Shown here in pieces: positions 31,252 through 42,497 of a DNA stretch of 64,000 bases. Origin of the DNA: Flectonema sp. DT1601. Taxonomy: Eukaryota. The position numbers were made by a program, and so were the translations under genes. The stretch spans positions 186,001 through 250,000 of the forward strand of contig OZ025782.1 of NCBI GenBank assembly GCA_964019425.1, read 5' to 3'. Under the pieces are notes generated by a model. That model searched no databases. It saw only the letters and a program-made list of their open reading frames with translations, and was not told where the DNA came from. Each line of letters opens with the position of its first letter. Within the stretch, counting starts at the first letter, position 1.

Positions 31252-33378
31252 TCACGGGCTTTGTGGAAAGTTGCACAGTCCAGGCAATGTTGCAGGAGAA
31301 GTTTTCTCTTTCCATTCACTGCACGTATCGTCTAATAGTGAGCCGATTATAGTGGCTCGCTGTCCCTGAAGATGTTGTAGCTGTATTGCGAGATTGCTGT
31401 TGTCAGTTTTTTCAATTGGAGCGTTGCTTAGAAACCAATTAACCCCCTCTCCTCGTGTGAAGTCTTTCCCGCTGAGGAATTTACGAGGAACTGCAGTGGG
31501 AGAGAATGGAGTTGGAATCGGTGATCCAGTCTTACCAGAAATAACAGAACAGACGTCCAAAGGATTCAAAGGAAGTGGTGACGTTGATTCAACAGAGTCA
31601 CAATCAATAATCCCACCAGCACCTTGAGGGGTATCTATCATACATCCTTTTTTAGCATTAGCTCTAATCACCATTGATCTACTGCACATCTGTTCAGCAA
31701 TATCTTCAGCATCCTCATAGAAATAATGGTGAGCAATAAGCTGTTCTGCTGATAATCGTTGTGATGGTTCCATGCGAAGACAACCCTTTAAAAATTTAAT
31801 ACTGGCGAAACTAATACCAGGAGGAAGCTCTAACTGTGATGATGGATTACATATAATGTGAAGCATTTCAACACTGTTCGATTTGTAATGAGACCAAGGA
31901 ACCTCGGCTGTTAGCATTTCCATTACAGTGCAACCAGTTGACCAAATATCTGAAGCAAAAGATGCATCGTCCGTCTCTCGTAAAACTTCTGGAGACATCC
32001 AAAGAGGTGTTCCGTGCATTGACAGCTTCCTATTTGATCCTGACATATACTTGCATGATCCGAAATCAGCTAACTTCACACTCCCTTCGACAGTAAGTAG
32101 TAAGTTTGCACACTTGATATCTCTGTGGAGTACGTTATTCTCATGTAAGTAGGCTAATCCTTGTAATAATTGGAAGGTATACTGCACGACGGTTGACTCG
32201 TGTAGAGATCCAAAATTCTGAACCAAGAGCTGAATAGAACCTCCAGCTACGTACTCCATGAAGACGAGAGCTGTACAATCTTTCTTGTCGGCGAAGAGGT
32301 ACTTAACGATGTGTGGATGGTCAAATTTTTTCATGACGTCAATTTCATTTCGTAAAGCCGCCGCACGTTTTTCTCTATCAGTTATTGACGCTGCCATTGA
32401 AAATGTTATTTTCTTCACAGCCATGAGTTCTCCAGTTTCAACATTCAAAGCAACGTGAACTTTTCCAAACGCACCCTGACCTATTAACCCACCCTCCATC
32501 CAATCAGTCTTCTTTCTCGGAGAGTTCATATCTAATCCGGTATCTTGAAGACGCTTGACACGGTATCGTGGGGTTTCATTCTCACCAAGGGTTTCCATAC
32601 CTAGAGTTGTGCCTACTGAGTATGAATAAAGATCTGGTAGATTTGTTTGTGCGCCCTGCTCTCTGGTTGCTACACCAACAGACCTAACTGACTTACAGAA
32701 GGCACTTGGAGCTAATGATGCAGTACCTGTATTATGACAACTCCGCAGTTCATGTCTGGTGATGGAGAGACCCTCTTCAATGTCAGTTTTGTTGGTTTGC
32801 ATTGTAGGATCAGTCGCCTTATCTTTATTATCAAACACGCTGTTGGCTATTCCGATAATTAATTGAAAACACACTGCAATATAAGAAAGGTACACAGCTC
32901 CAGAAGGAGGTGGTCCCTCATTAAGTTTCACAACTTCTGAAATAGCCAACAAAGCAACCATTATCATACAATACACTATGTATATGATTTGTTTTTTTGA
33001 TGAAAAACCAGCAGTTTGAAGTGCCGTTGTACCACTCAAAGATATAACCCCAAGAGTACCAGCTTTGGTCATTCCACCAGACAAGTAGATCGACACAAAA
33101 GAAGAACAAGAGGTATAAAATACTATAATAGAAACAGCTCGTGGTATGGAAGTGGATCTCAATTCGGTTATCAACACAACAAGAAGACAAACAGCTAAAC
33201 ATTGACCGAATAGAATAGAAGATCTATAAGAATCTGATAACAACATTATTAATAACATCAACATAGAATACAACAACCACAACACGACGCTCAATCTCAT
33301 TAGAGTCTCGGCGTTTAATTTTCGTGGTACTGGTTCAGCCGGTTTCGCGGTGGCGACCACCGTGAAAAGCTCACCCAT
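31252..33378 (-). CDS. STE11/MEKK-like MAP3K with N-terminal multi-TM region
   Basis: About 6 hydrophobic helices, then GQGAFGKV, MAVKK, FMEYVAGGS, HRDIKCAN, DFG, GTPLWMSPE. Confidence 0.93.
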   Translation of the reverse strand: MGELFTVVATAKPAEPVPRKLNAETLMRLSVVLWLLYSMLMLLIMLLSDSYRSSILFGQCLAVCLLVVLITELRSTSIPRAVSIIVFYTSCSSFVSIYLSGGMTKAGTLGVISLSGTTALQTAGFSSKKQIIYIVYCMIMVALLAISEVVKLNEGPPPSGAVYLSYIAVCFQLIIGIANSVFDNKDKATDPTMQTNKTDIEEGLSITRHELRSCHNTGTASLAPSAFCKSVRSVGVATREQGAQTNLPDLYSYSVGTTLGMETLGENETPRYRVKRLQDTGLDMNSPRKKTDWMEGGLIGQGAFGKVHVALNVETGELMAVKKITFSMAASITDREKRAAALRNEIDVMKKFDHPHIVKYLFADKKDCTALVFMEYVAGGSIQLLVQNFGSLHESTVVQYTFQLLQGLAYLHENNVLHRDIKCANLLLTVEGSVKLADFGSCKYMSGSNRKLSMHGTPLWMSPEVLRETDDASFASDIWSTGCTVMEMLTAEVPWSHYKSNSVEMLHIICNPSSQLELPPGISFASIKFLKGCLRMEPSQRLSAEQLIAHHYFYEDAEDIAEQMCSRSMVIRANAKKGCMIDTPQGAGGIIDCDSVESTSPLPLNPLDVCSVISGKTGSPIPTPFSPTAVPRKFLSGKDFTRGEGVNWFLSNAPIEKTDNSNLAIQLQHLQGQRATIIGSLLDDTCSEWKEKTSPATLPGLCNFPQSP

Positions 33379-33641
33379 TTGTTGGGGGAAAACCTACTCA
33401 ATAGTGATGAAAAATTAAGAGTATTGTGTATGTTGAGAACGGGGAACGAAAAAAAAAAGGGATTTTAATATTTTCAGCTGTGGACCCATTTACGAAGTTC
33501 AATTATTATAAACAACCTGCAACAGAAAATGAAAAAAAAAAAAAATAATAATAATAATAACATATTTCGACACACTTAGTAATCAGGAAACCTAATAGGA
33601 TAAAAATAAATAGCGCGCTATACTGATATAACGTTCATAGA

Positions 33642-35396
33642 TTACAAACGTTTGTTAAATCCTATTGTTTGTGATTCACTGGTCATTGGTCCCCTTCCTT
33701 TCTTTCCAAGATAGTCGTGTATATCTTTACCTTTTCTAACAAAGTTACCAGTGTGATATTCGAATGATGCTCTGTCTGATGCTCTCTTGCTTTTACGAGC
33801 TCGGAAATGACCGATGTACTTTCGAAGAGGCTCTCGTAAACCTGGAGGAGTGAAGACGGTGGCACCTGATTTTGGATGCCAAGGATCAGCGTGAGTTGTG
33901 TACGTACCAATACTACCTTTTCTTGTTTCTGGTTTCATATGCTGGTAGTCTACATCCATCCCCCGACCTGCTCCATCAAGAGGAGCATAGTAGTGACTGT
34001 GCATTGCGGGAACATGATCTGGTAAAGTGATATCACGTAAACTTTTTACTCTCGCGAAGTCAATTATCATTTTATACGACAAGTGGGCTCCTCTTCCAAC
34101 AGCATTTGAGAGTTTACTTCCAGGTTGAAGGTTTTCACTAATCGATTTTGAATATTGTTCGGTCATTCTCTTCTGAACATACTCCGATGGGAAACAACCT
34201 ATATCTTTATACTTATCATAAAATAGAAACGCATGGTGTCTAAATCCTGTATCCAAACAACCAATAATCGTCATCTCCCAAGTTGATGCTTTTGGTTCGG
34301 TGTTTCTGTCTTTTTCAAGGAGTCGCCATATTCGAAGTACCGTATTAATCTCGTGAGTCTTGAATGCGCAATGTAATAAGGCCTCGTATGTGTCTGTGCT
34401 TCTTTTTAATCGACCATCGAATAGCTCATCATAGAGCTTTACACACTTAGCCATTTCACCTTTCTCAGCGAATACCCATATTAAGCTTGTTATTAAGGAG
34501 ACGTTTCTGCATCTGGCTAATCTGTCAGGATGTGATTCAAATATTTTTTGAGCAGTCATGTCGTCTTCTAATGTGGCGCAGCATCGAATTGCAGCGGAGT
34601 AGGCTTTCATTGGAATTGCTTCACCCTTTGAAATGGATCTATCTTTTAGTTCCCACCACAAATCAACCATGTCACTGTAACACTTGTTATAAGCAACTCT
34701 CGATTGCTTTGATTCCTCTGTGTAGGATATTGATATTTGACCTGGTTCTGATTTACCAACAGCTAGACCTGAGTCACTCGACATTTCCAAACTTTCCATA
34801 CAACGAAGTAAAACGTGACAGTGAGCCATCAGAACTGTATAGTCTCCAGTAGTAAAAATGCAATCATCGTATGTGTTTGTTATATCCTTATAAACTTGGT
34901 ATGGATGAGGACAATCATCTTCATCAAGAAGCAGACTAACTCTTTTATGAAATGAATAATTTTGCAATGCCGCTGCATAGTTTGATCTTGGAATGACTGC
35001 GAGTTGGATTGGTTGTAAATCTGATACAGCTTGTTTTATATTTAATTTTGGTAATGAAGTCTGTTTTGGTGATCTGAATGAATATTTTTTTACCGAATCA
35101 GTTGCAGCTGCTGCTGGTACTCCAACTCTTTGTTCCGATGAACGAGGAATATCATCTTGATTCAATACAGCAGAAGTTCTTGGATGTTCAATCTGTTTTG
35201 TCGGAGTCACAAAATTATATTTCTTCGCCTCTAAAGCTGCTGCATCATTTTTCACTCCTGCAGCAATCGTCGTGTCATATAGTCGGAATTTCCGCCTAGC
35301 CCTGCTATCAACAGCTGTGACACTCTTTGTAAAAATATATTTTTTTGTTCCCACTGTTGAACAATACCTTCTACCAACAGAGAGATGCATGTACAT
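33642..35396 (-). CDS. Pentatricopeptide-repeat protein, probably mitochondrial
   Basis: Presequence-like start (RRYCS); PPR-like units YSAAIRCCA, ITSLIWVFAEKGEMAKC, TYEALLHCAFK, TWEMTIIGC. Confidence 0.75.
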   Translation of the reverse strand: MYMHLSVGRRYCSTVGTKKYIFTKSVTAVDSRARRKFRLYDTTIAAGVKNDAAALEAKKYNFVTPTKQIEHPRTSAVLNQDDIPRSSEQRVGVPAAAATDSVKKYSFRSPKQTSLPKLNIKQAVSDLQPIQLAVIPRSNYAAALQNYSFHKRVSLLLDEDDCPHPYQVYKDITNTYDDCIFTTGDYTVLMAHCHVLLRCMESLEMSSDSGLAVGKSEPGQISISYTEESKQSRVAYNKCYSDMVDLWWELKDRSISKGEAIPMKAYSAAIRCCATLEDDMTAQKIFESHPDRLARCRNVSLITSLIWVFAEKGEMAKCVKLYDELFDGRLKRSTDTYEALLHCAFKTHEINTVLRIWRLLEKDRNTEPKASTWEMTIIGCLDTGFRHHAFLFYDKYKDIGCFPSEYVQKRMTEQYSKSISENLQPGSKLSNAVGRGAHLSYKMIIDFARVKSLRDITLPDHVPAMHSHYYAPLDGAGRGMDVDYQHMKPETRKGSIGTYTTHADPWHPKSGATVFTPPGLREPLRKYIGHFRARKSKRASDRASFEYHTGNFVRKGKDIHDYLGKKGRGPMTSESQTIGFNKRL

Positions 35397-35653
35397 CGCT
35401 CCCTGTGCAATAAGTTATCTTAAATGAACAGATCGTTTTATGTTATCGTGTTGACACTTTTAGTTCAAACAGAACTTCCAGTCTATTATTTTTATTTTTT
35501 TCATCCTTTTTCCTTTTTTTTTTTTTTTTTTTAAAAAAATCGTTTTTTTTTTTTTTTTTTAGTAGTACAGTTATATAAGTGTTGTTTTTTTCGAAGTGTG
35601 TTATATATTTTTGTAAAGAAAAAAAACACAACTAAAAAAATTTAAAAAAAAAG

Positions 35654-36619
35654 CTACAAATACGAGTCAATTACTGATTTTGGGCATCCGAGTCTGGGAT
35701 CAAGCTCAGGCATATCCTTCAGTACTCCCAAATTATTCAAGCCTAAAAGTGGTAAAGTAGTGTGTAGCAGATCGATGAAGGATTCTTCATCCTTTGCGAT
35801 GCCTCCTGTTTCACATTCACATGCTTGAGTAAAAGATTTTATTGAACTGGTAGTGATCTGAGGAAATAGTTTTGGATCAGTTAGTAACTTTATCGAAACA
35901 CCAACCCAATAATTATAACATGTGTCGGAAGCTTTGTTAGGACGTCCGTTGAAACCTGAATCAGGCATGAGTCTAGAAGTCAACCATCGTAAGGCTCTTT
36001 TTTTATTTATCAGATGATCAGCTTGAAGAAGTACTAACGACGCAATGCAACAAAAAGTGTTGCCTCCGTGGCTCTCTTCATAGGGATTTCCTGCAAAGCC
36101 CCCGTCATAGCGTTGGTTTCCTAAGGCATATTGTATAGCTGAATCTTTGTTTATATAGTCCCACAGTGAGAGTACTTCGCAGACAATCATGGCTGAATAG
36201 AGGAATCTGGCGTCTGATTCTCCGTATGTCGTACAACGAAAGGAACCTTCTTCAGTTTGAATTGATTTTAAGAATGACCCTAATCCTTCGCGATTCACTC
36301 TCGATAAGTCGTCACCACATAACATTAGTACTAACAACCCACACTGCGCTGCAGTTATGTGTCCATCTTGCAGATTTGGTGACATTTTAAAACCCCCACC
36401 TCCCTCATCGTTAGATATTTGCATGTGATAAACCCAATCAATAATACGTTTCTTAGTATCATCACTGACACTATCCATACCGCCACATGCCGCGATCCCA
36501 ACAACAGAGAAATACAACAGAGTCATCCTACTCGGATCGAGAGAGGTCTTCTTTCTAAATCCATTATTAATAAGCACACCAAGTAGCGCAACGTGCCGAG
36601 ATACATTGAAGTCTGACAT
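35654..36619 (-). CDS. Protein geranylgeranyltransferase beta subunit (GGTase-I-like)
   Basis: GESDARFLY, YDGGF, ESHGGNTFC, GFNGRPNKASDTCYNYW and DLLHT (Zn ligands D, C, H). Confidence 0.9.
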   Translation of the reverse strand: MSDFNVSRHVALLGVLINNGFRKKTSLDPSRMTLLYFSVVGIAACGGMDSVSDDTKKRIIDWVYHMQISNDEGGGGFKMSPNLQDGHITAAQCGLLVLMLCGDDLSRVNREGLGSFLKSIQTEEGSFRCTTYGESDARFLYSAMIVCEVLSLWDYINKDSAIQYALGNQRYDGGFAGNPYEESHGGNTFCCIASLVLLQADHLINKKRALRWLTSRLMPDSGFNGRPNKASDTCYNYWVGVSIKLLTDPKLFPQITTSSIKSFTQACECETGGIAKDEESFIDLLHTTLPLLGLNNLGVLKDMPELDPRLGCPKSVIDSYL

Positions 36620-37409
36620 AATAAAAAAAAACCTGGCAGTCTAAAAAACGATAATAATTAGCGTTTTATCATCGTAATATTTAGTTTTGTATATTTTGCA
36701 ATGTTAGAAATAGGTGAGTTATAAGCCAGTTATGGCGGGTTTAGGGGAGCATGGGGGAGACCGTTACCAGGAGCACAGACAAAAACACTGTTTAGTATAA
36801 TATAACAATCTGTGCAAAGCATCTCCTGGACTGTTTTTCTTACACACTTTTTAACATTCTCAATACTCCTCGCTGTTGCGTGGGAGCCCGTCCAGGCGGG
36901 TCTTTTTTTTAAATTTTTTTTTTTTGTTCTTTTTTAAAAAAGGGGAAAAAGACAAAAAAAAACTCTACCAAAAAACTTTTTTTTTTTTTTTTTTGGAAAC
37001 AAAAATAAGAAATGGGGTTTAAAAAAAAAAAAAAAAAAAAGACGAAGCAAACAAAACAAAATCATGAACTGATACCCGACGAGACTTTTTTTTTTTTTGC
37101 TAGAACAGGGTACCTCACTGGATAATACATTTGAAATGTCTGCGTCCGATCGTCTTCGCTCACAAGTAACACTAAAAATGGTAATATTCTACGGGGGGAT
37201 AGGGAGTTTTTTGTTCTCCCATCTTTTTCTTTTTCTCTTTTTCCCCTTCACTCTGGTTTGAGAAATAACTACTTTTTTTTTTTGAAACACAAACAATAAC
37301 CCCTGGGGTGACGGTTTCTTTATTTTATTATTACTGTCTTTTAACATCAAGTAGCAACAGAGAGCTGTCAATGTGAACCACGATAATAGCTAGACTAGAA
37401 TGCAGGTTT

Positions 37410-38727
37410 CTATTTCCAGAGTTTCTTTGCGCTAACATCGTTATCATTTCCCTTGTCAAGAACCTTGACCACAGCAAGCTGGAAGTCCTCTTGAGTGACG
37501 TGAATTCTGCGTTCTCTCAGTGCAAACATTCCTGTGTTGTTTTGGTATGGGTATTGAGTTGCTCATTCAATAAAAGAATAATGTTTGATGCATACCTGCT
37601 TCAGTTGCACATCCTTTGATCTCAGCTCCACTGGCTCCAACAAGTTTGCCAGCAATCGCCTTTAAGTTTACTCCCCTCATAAGGTTCATCTTCCTGGAGT
37701 GAATCTTCAGAATATCCAATCTGTGTTGATGGGTTGTTTTTTTTTGTGATAGTTAAATTCAGTATTCTCAATAGAGATTATAAACATACCGAGCTTCTTC
37801 AGAAGGAGCAGGGAACTCAATCTTTCTATCAATTCTACCAGGACGTAATAGAGCAGGGTCAAGGATATCTATTCTGTTAGTAGCCATGATAATTTTAATA
37901 GAAGTAGTTGCTTCGAAACCATCCAACTGATTAAGAAGCTCAAGCATAGTACGTTGTACTTCAGAGTCTCCTCCACCGCTGCCTCCACCGTCCATTCTTG
38001 ACGATCCGATGCTGTCAATCTCGTCCATGAAAATGATCGAAGGAGCTTTTTCTCTTGCCATTACGAATAGCTCTCTAACCATTCTAGAACCCTCACCAAT
38101 GTATTTCTGAACTAATTCTGATCCAGATACCCTAATAAAACAACAATCAGTATGGTGAGCTACAGCTCTTGCTAAAAGAGTCTTTCCTGTTCCTGGTGGT
38201 CCGTACAAGAGTACTCCCTTCGGTTGTGCGATACCTAACGATTCGAAGAGTTCAGGATGCTTGATAGGGAGTTCAATAACTTCTTTAATTTCTTTAATTT
38301 GTCTGTCGAGACCACCTATGACATCATAAGTAGATCCAGGAACCTTCTCAACTCTCATAAGTGAGACGAGAGGATCAACTTTTGTCGGAAGTATTTTATG
38401 AAGTGCGTTCGATTCACTCTTCAAAGCAACTCTAGTGTTCGCTGTTAGTGTCGCAGGGTCGATTATTGGATCAATTTTAACGACGTATTTACCGTCTTCA
38501 CCAATCTTTACTAACACTTTTTGTTTACTCATTACCTTAATTACTTCTCCAACGGTACTTCCATTCTCCAATAATTGTTGATTCTCATCCCTAAGGTTTC
38601 TTACTCTTCTGTTTAATTCATTTCTACGTGCTTCTAAGCGAAGGTAGTTTTCCTGCTTCTTCCTTTCAGTAGACTTTCCTTCTTCGTTCTTAGCAGTGTA
38701 GTATGACACGGCGTTTATGGAATCCAT
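37410..38727 (-). CDS. RPT6: 26S proteasome AAA-ATPase subunit Rpt6; exons 38727-37790, 37720-37596, 37531-37410
   Basis: [29 protein letters not shown]. Two GTATG...AACACAG introns (69 and 64 nt) restore [17 protein letters not shown]...[20 protein letters not shown]...KKLWK*. Confidence 0.96.
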
Positions 38728-39802
38728 TTGTAGAGGTAAGTGCACCCCTCTGCTGTAAAATAGAAAAATACAATAAAAATATCGCTACAGTAGAAGCCAG
38801 TCAGCAAAATCAGAAGAACCCGAGGTCATGATTCGGCGGTCACCAGTAAACCACCGGCATGTTGGGTTGTTTTGAGTAGTTAATATTTTTGTGATGAGTT
38901 GGCAATTTTCAAACTATTTTTGGCGGTTTTCCCTTTTAAAAAAAAAACTATCAACGATTTTTTTAATTTTTTTTTTCCCTCGGTTCGATTCCGTCTGGAG
39001 ACGTTTTTTGAGGCGGCATGCAACTTCCGGGGAGCAACTCAGAGATTATGATTGATAGTGTGTGTATACCCAAAAGGGCCTGGTGTGTAATGGATCGTTC
39101 GGCGGGATCGTTCGATCTTTCGGCGAACGAGCCACCCTTAATTCAGTAGAACTCGGCCAACAGGCACGGTGCTTGTCGTCCCTACTCGCACCCACACCGA
39201 CACACTTTTTATGTGGGATTTAGTTAAATTCATTTTTGATAAATATATAATGTCATACTAATCACGGTATCGTTTGCTCTACGCTTTCTTTCCCTCTCTT
39301 TCTTGGGCTCTCTTACTCTACTTTCTTAGGATCTCCTTGGCATTTTGTTTTTTTCTTCTTCTCTCTTGTTGGTACTTTTGAACGAAGACTTGGCGAGAAC
39401 TCGCTGGATGAGGAACTTTAAGGGTGCCAATGGAAAAAAGAAAACAAGACAAAAAACCATTCAGATTAACCTTATATTTCGTTGAACGCAGACAAAATCC
39501 TGTCGCACGGGGAAAATAAATCATGACCATAAGAAATATCGGTTTTCAATCTGAATAGTTTCTTCTCCGACTACGTCGGTACAAAAAAAAAAAAAAAAGA
39601 ATCGGCACCTCACTAAATAATTCTCACACTTTGTTTTTGTTTGTGCGCAACCGGAAACAAGCCTATAATGTAACGCTACGCTGCCACAATTCTCTTTCGC
39701 TCGTAAAACATGTCTTCGAGATGAAAAAGAAAAACTGTTGCGTCAGGTGATTCGAAAAACCCCCCCCACAATATCAATACGACTAATTCCATAGTTGGTA
39801 TT

Positions 39803-40008
39803 ATTAATTTTAGAACAGAATAAAAAGTAGAGATTAGTAAAAGAAAAGTATTCATTTCTGCAGTTTCCTAACATCAAAGGGTAATAGAATATGTAGTTTC
39901 AGGAGCCTACTTGTCCCTTTTTAGGCCTTCATCAGTAAGTTCTAAGGGACTTCATTCTATGTTGAAGTTGCTATCGTTCTAAGATAAAAATCCATCGGAG
40001 CTCGCCAG
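39803..40008. repeat. Dispersed repeat family B (also 48656-48868, 56207-56387, tail at 57190-57250)
   Basis: Shared AAAAGTATTCATTTCTGCAGTTTCCTAA...AGGCCTTCATCAGTAAGTTCTAAGGGACTTCA. Confidence 0.85.
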
Positions 40009-40510
40009 TTCCATAGTTAGTTCCCTGCAAAGTAAAAAATTACTACTAGAAGTACTGAGGTTGATAGCCAACTTCAACTAATATCAAAATTTCATGTAGT
40101 GGGAAGGTCGCTCTTTTCTATTTTTTTTTTTTTTTCTCTTACCTGCTCCACAAACTATCAGCAACTGAAAAACCATCATTACGAGTTGCCTACATGCTTG
40201 AGGTAGGGACGACAAGAGACGGGTAAAAGTGAATAATATAAACAAAGGGACGGGGGGTTCATCAGGTTCTTAGGTAAATTACGAATTAAAAAAAAAAAAA
40301 AAAAAACTCTCAACAAGGTTATGAGAATATGATCGTTTTTACTCATAATTATTATTTCATTAAATATAACGAAGAAAGTTGGAATAACTTATTTTAAAAA
40401 AAAAAGAAGAAAAACATCAAACTGAAGGATAACACAAACAGAGTGGTCTGAGGATTTCGGCGACTTGGCCTGCGATTTTCGAACATGAAAAGAAGTTGGA
40501 ATACGTCTTC

Positions 40511-41878
40511 TTATAGCTCGTCGATAGAATTGATTCCAAGAGCTCGAAGGTCGTCTTCTGTAAAGACTCCCTTAGGAAGGAAGTCTTTGAGTTTGATAGC
40601 GTGTTCGCGGAGGAGTTTTGCACGTTCTTGTTGAATGATTTGACGTTTTAAGTTCTCCATGTCTTCGTCCTTAGCACGGGCTAGGAGTTCTCTTTCACGC
40701 TCGGCTTCACGTTGTGTTTGACGTTCTGCAAGGAGACGATTAACTTCTCTGTTGTGCTCAGCTCTCTTTCTGTTTCGCTCAGCCATCTTCATTTGCTCAA
40801 TGCGGTCATCGTCAGCAAACTTCTCCATCATTCTAGTTCGGAACTTTAATTCTTCTTCAGCATCCTGTTCCTTTTGAGCAGCCTTCAGTTCCTTCTGCTG
40901 TTCATTCGCCTGGACCATCATCAGTCGTGATTTGATCTTGCGTTCCATTTCTTCTCTTGCTCGCTCTCTTTCCTTCTTTTCGACCAACTCTAAGTGGTAG
41001 TCGGCTATCAATTCTTCCATCTCTTCCTTTCTCTTTTGCTCTGAAGCAATCGCGCGTGACTGTTCTTCGAGACGTTTTTGCTGCATCGCTTCCTTTTCGC
41101 GTGCAGTTTTGAGGTTCTCTTCCTTTCTGCGAGCCTGTTCTTTCATAAACGCGACAATCTTTTGATCTTCTTCTTTGCGCCGTTCTTCATCAAGCTGTTT
41201 AAAGTGTTCTCTTTCCTCAAGATACTGAGTGATGTACATTTGCGCAACGTGCTGCTTGCGCAGCTTGTCTTCCAGTTTCGCCTTGTCTTCAGCTTGGATG
41301 CGGGAGACTATCTGGTCGACGACACGTTTTTCTTCCAAAAACTGCTTGTAAGCTTCTAAACGAGCAAGGTCACGGTCGTGCATTTGCTGCTCTAAAACAA
41401 CCTTTTGTTCTCGAAGTGTTTGTGTTCGATGAGCCTCTTGGTCTCTCTGGGCTTCGATTGCTCTGATGCGAAGTGCTTCAGTTTCGTGATACTGTTTCAT
41501 GTCAACTTCTCTTTCATGGACATGACGCTGTTTAGCTTCTTCTACTTGGCCTTGACGTTCTTTGTTCATGTAGGCTGCTTGGAGTCTTTGTTCTAATTCA
41601 CGTATCTCTGGAGCTTGTTCTCTCACTAATTGAGTGCTCTTCTCTTCACGAAGCTGATCAATCTGTCTCTTCTCTAATTGTTTTGCTAACGCCTCTTGTC
41701 TCGACATCTGTTTTTGATAGTTTTCCCGATCTGCTATTTCTCTCATCATTTCTTCTTCTCGTGACTCTTCGTCTTGTACCATTTTCAGACGATTTAATTT
41801 TCTCATTCGTTCGACTCTCTTCTCGGAGTTAATGTATCCCTGCAACACATTAGTCATGTTGCCAGTGTCTCGAGACAT
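40511..41878 (-). CDS. MNS1: Meiosis-specific nuclear structural protein 1 (axonemal TPH coiled-coil)
   Basis: EIRELEQRLQAAYMNKER, MMEKFADDDRIEQM, FLPKGVF. Confidence 0.88.
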   Translation of the reverse strand: MSRDTGNMTNVLQGYINSEKRVERMRKLNRLKMVQDEESREEEMMREIADRENYQKQMSRQEALAKQLEKRQIDQLREEKSTQLVREQAPEIRELEQRLQAAYMNKERQGQVEEAKQRHVHEREVDMKQYHETEALRIRAIEAQRDQEAHRTQTLREQKVVLEQQMHDRDLARLEAYKQFLEEKRVVDQIVSRIQAEDKAKLEDKLRKQHVAQMYITQYLEEREHFKQLDEERRKEEDQKIVAFMKEQARRKEENLKTAREKEAMQQKRLEEQSRAIASEQKRKEEMEELIADYHLELVEKKERERAREEMERKIKSRLMMVQANEQQKELKAAQKEQDAEEELKFRTRMMEKFADDDRIEQMKMAERNRKRAEHNREVNRLLAERQTQREAERERELLARAKDEDMENLKRQIIQQERAKLLREHAIKLKDFLPKGVFTEDDLRALGINSIDEL

Positions 41879-42083
41879 CGTTTGGGTATTCGATTAAGAA
41901 AACACAAGAAGAAGTTTTATAATTTAACTATTGCTAGTCTGAAGAGGGAGAAAGTATTAATATAATGATAACTAAATGGTTTAAACATGTTGTATTTCAC
42001 TACAAAAGACGTGTAACGTGACGTTGTAAACAAACCAGATGCTCCTTTTTTTTTTTTTTTTTTTTTTTTTAAACAATCAACAA

Positions 42084-42497
42084 TTAAAGAGATTTATCAT
42101 TTGGGGAGAATTGAATTAAATCTCTACTCTCGTTCAGAGTAATTTGATAATTGTTGAAAACTCCTTCTCTTCCAATGGCTGCTCTAACATTGCTTCCTTT
42201 GTCTGCCCAGGCAACTGGAATAGTTGTAGGAGACGCCCCAGGACCTGGTTTCATTACCAACATACGAGGTGTGTAGCCGATTCGTCCTGTTGCTTCTGTG
42301 ACATAGTTGGAGTGAATCTCACCAGGGTGTTTCTGATATCCCATAGACCTACCCATCGTATACGGAAGTATGCTTTTCCAACTACCGCTGTCAATAATAA
42401 ATCGATCGCTTCTCCATTCTCCACCCGGTTTTTTAACTTCTAATTGCGGTGTTGGTTTCCAAACTACAGCATGTGGATCCCACTTACTCGACGGCAT
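42084..42497 (-). CDS. Stand-alone retropepsin-like (clan AA) aspartyl protease
   Basis: FIIDSGSWKSILP catalytic motif and AAIGREGVFNNYQITL C-terminal motif; 137 aa. Confidence 0.7.
   Translation of the reverse strand: MPSSKWDPHAVVWKPTPQLEVKKPGGEWRSDRFIIDSGSWKSILPYTMGRSMGYQKHPGEIHSNYVTEATGRIGYTPRMLVMKPGPGASPTTIPVAWADKGSNVRAAIGREGVFNNYQITLNESRDLIQFSPNDKSL

Noticed and set aside
36887..36910. Hairpin plus T-run resembling a bacterial intrinsic terminator
   Set aside because: The stem is only 4-5 bp, T-runs are ubiquitous here, and the context is eukaryotic.
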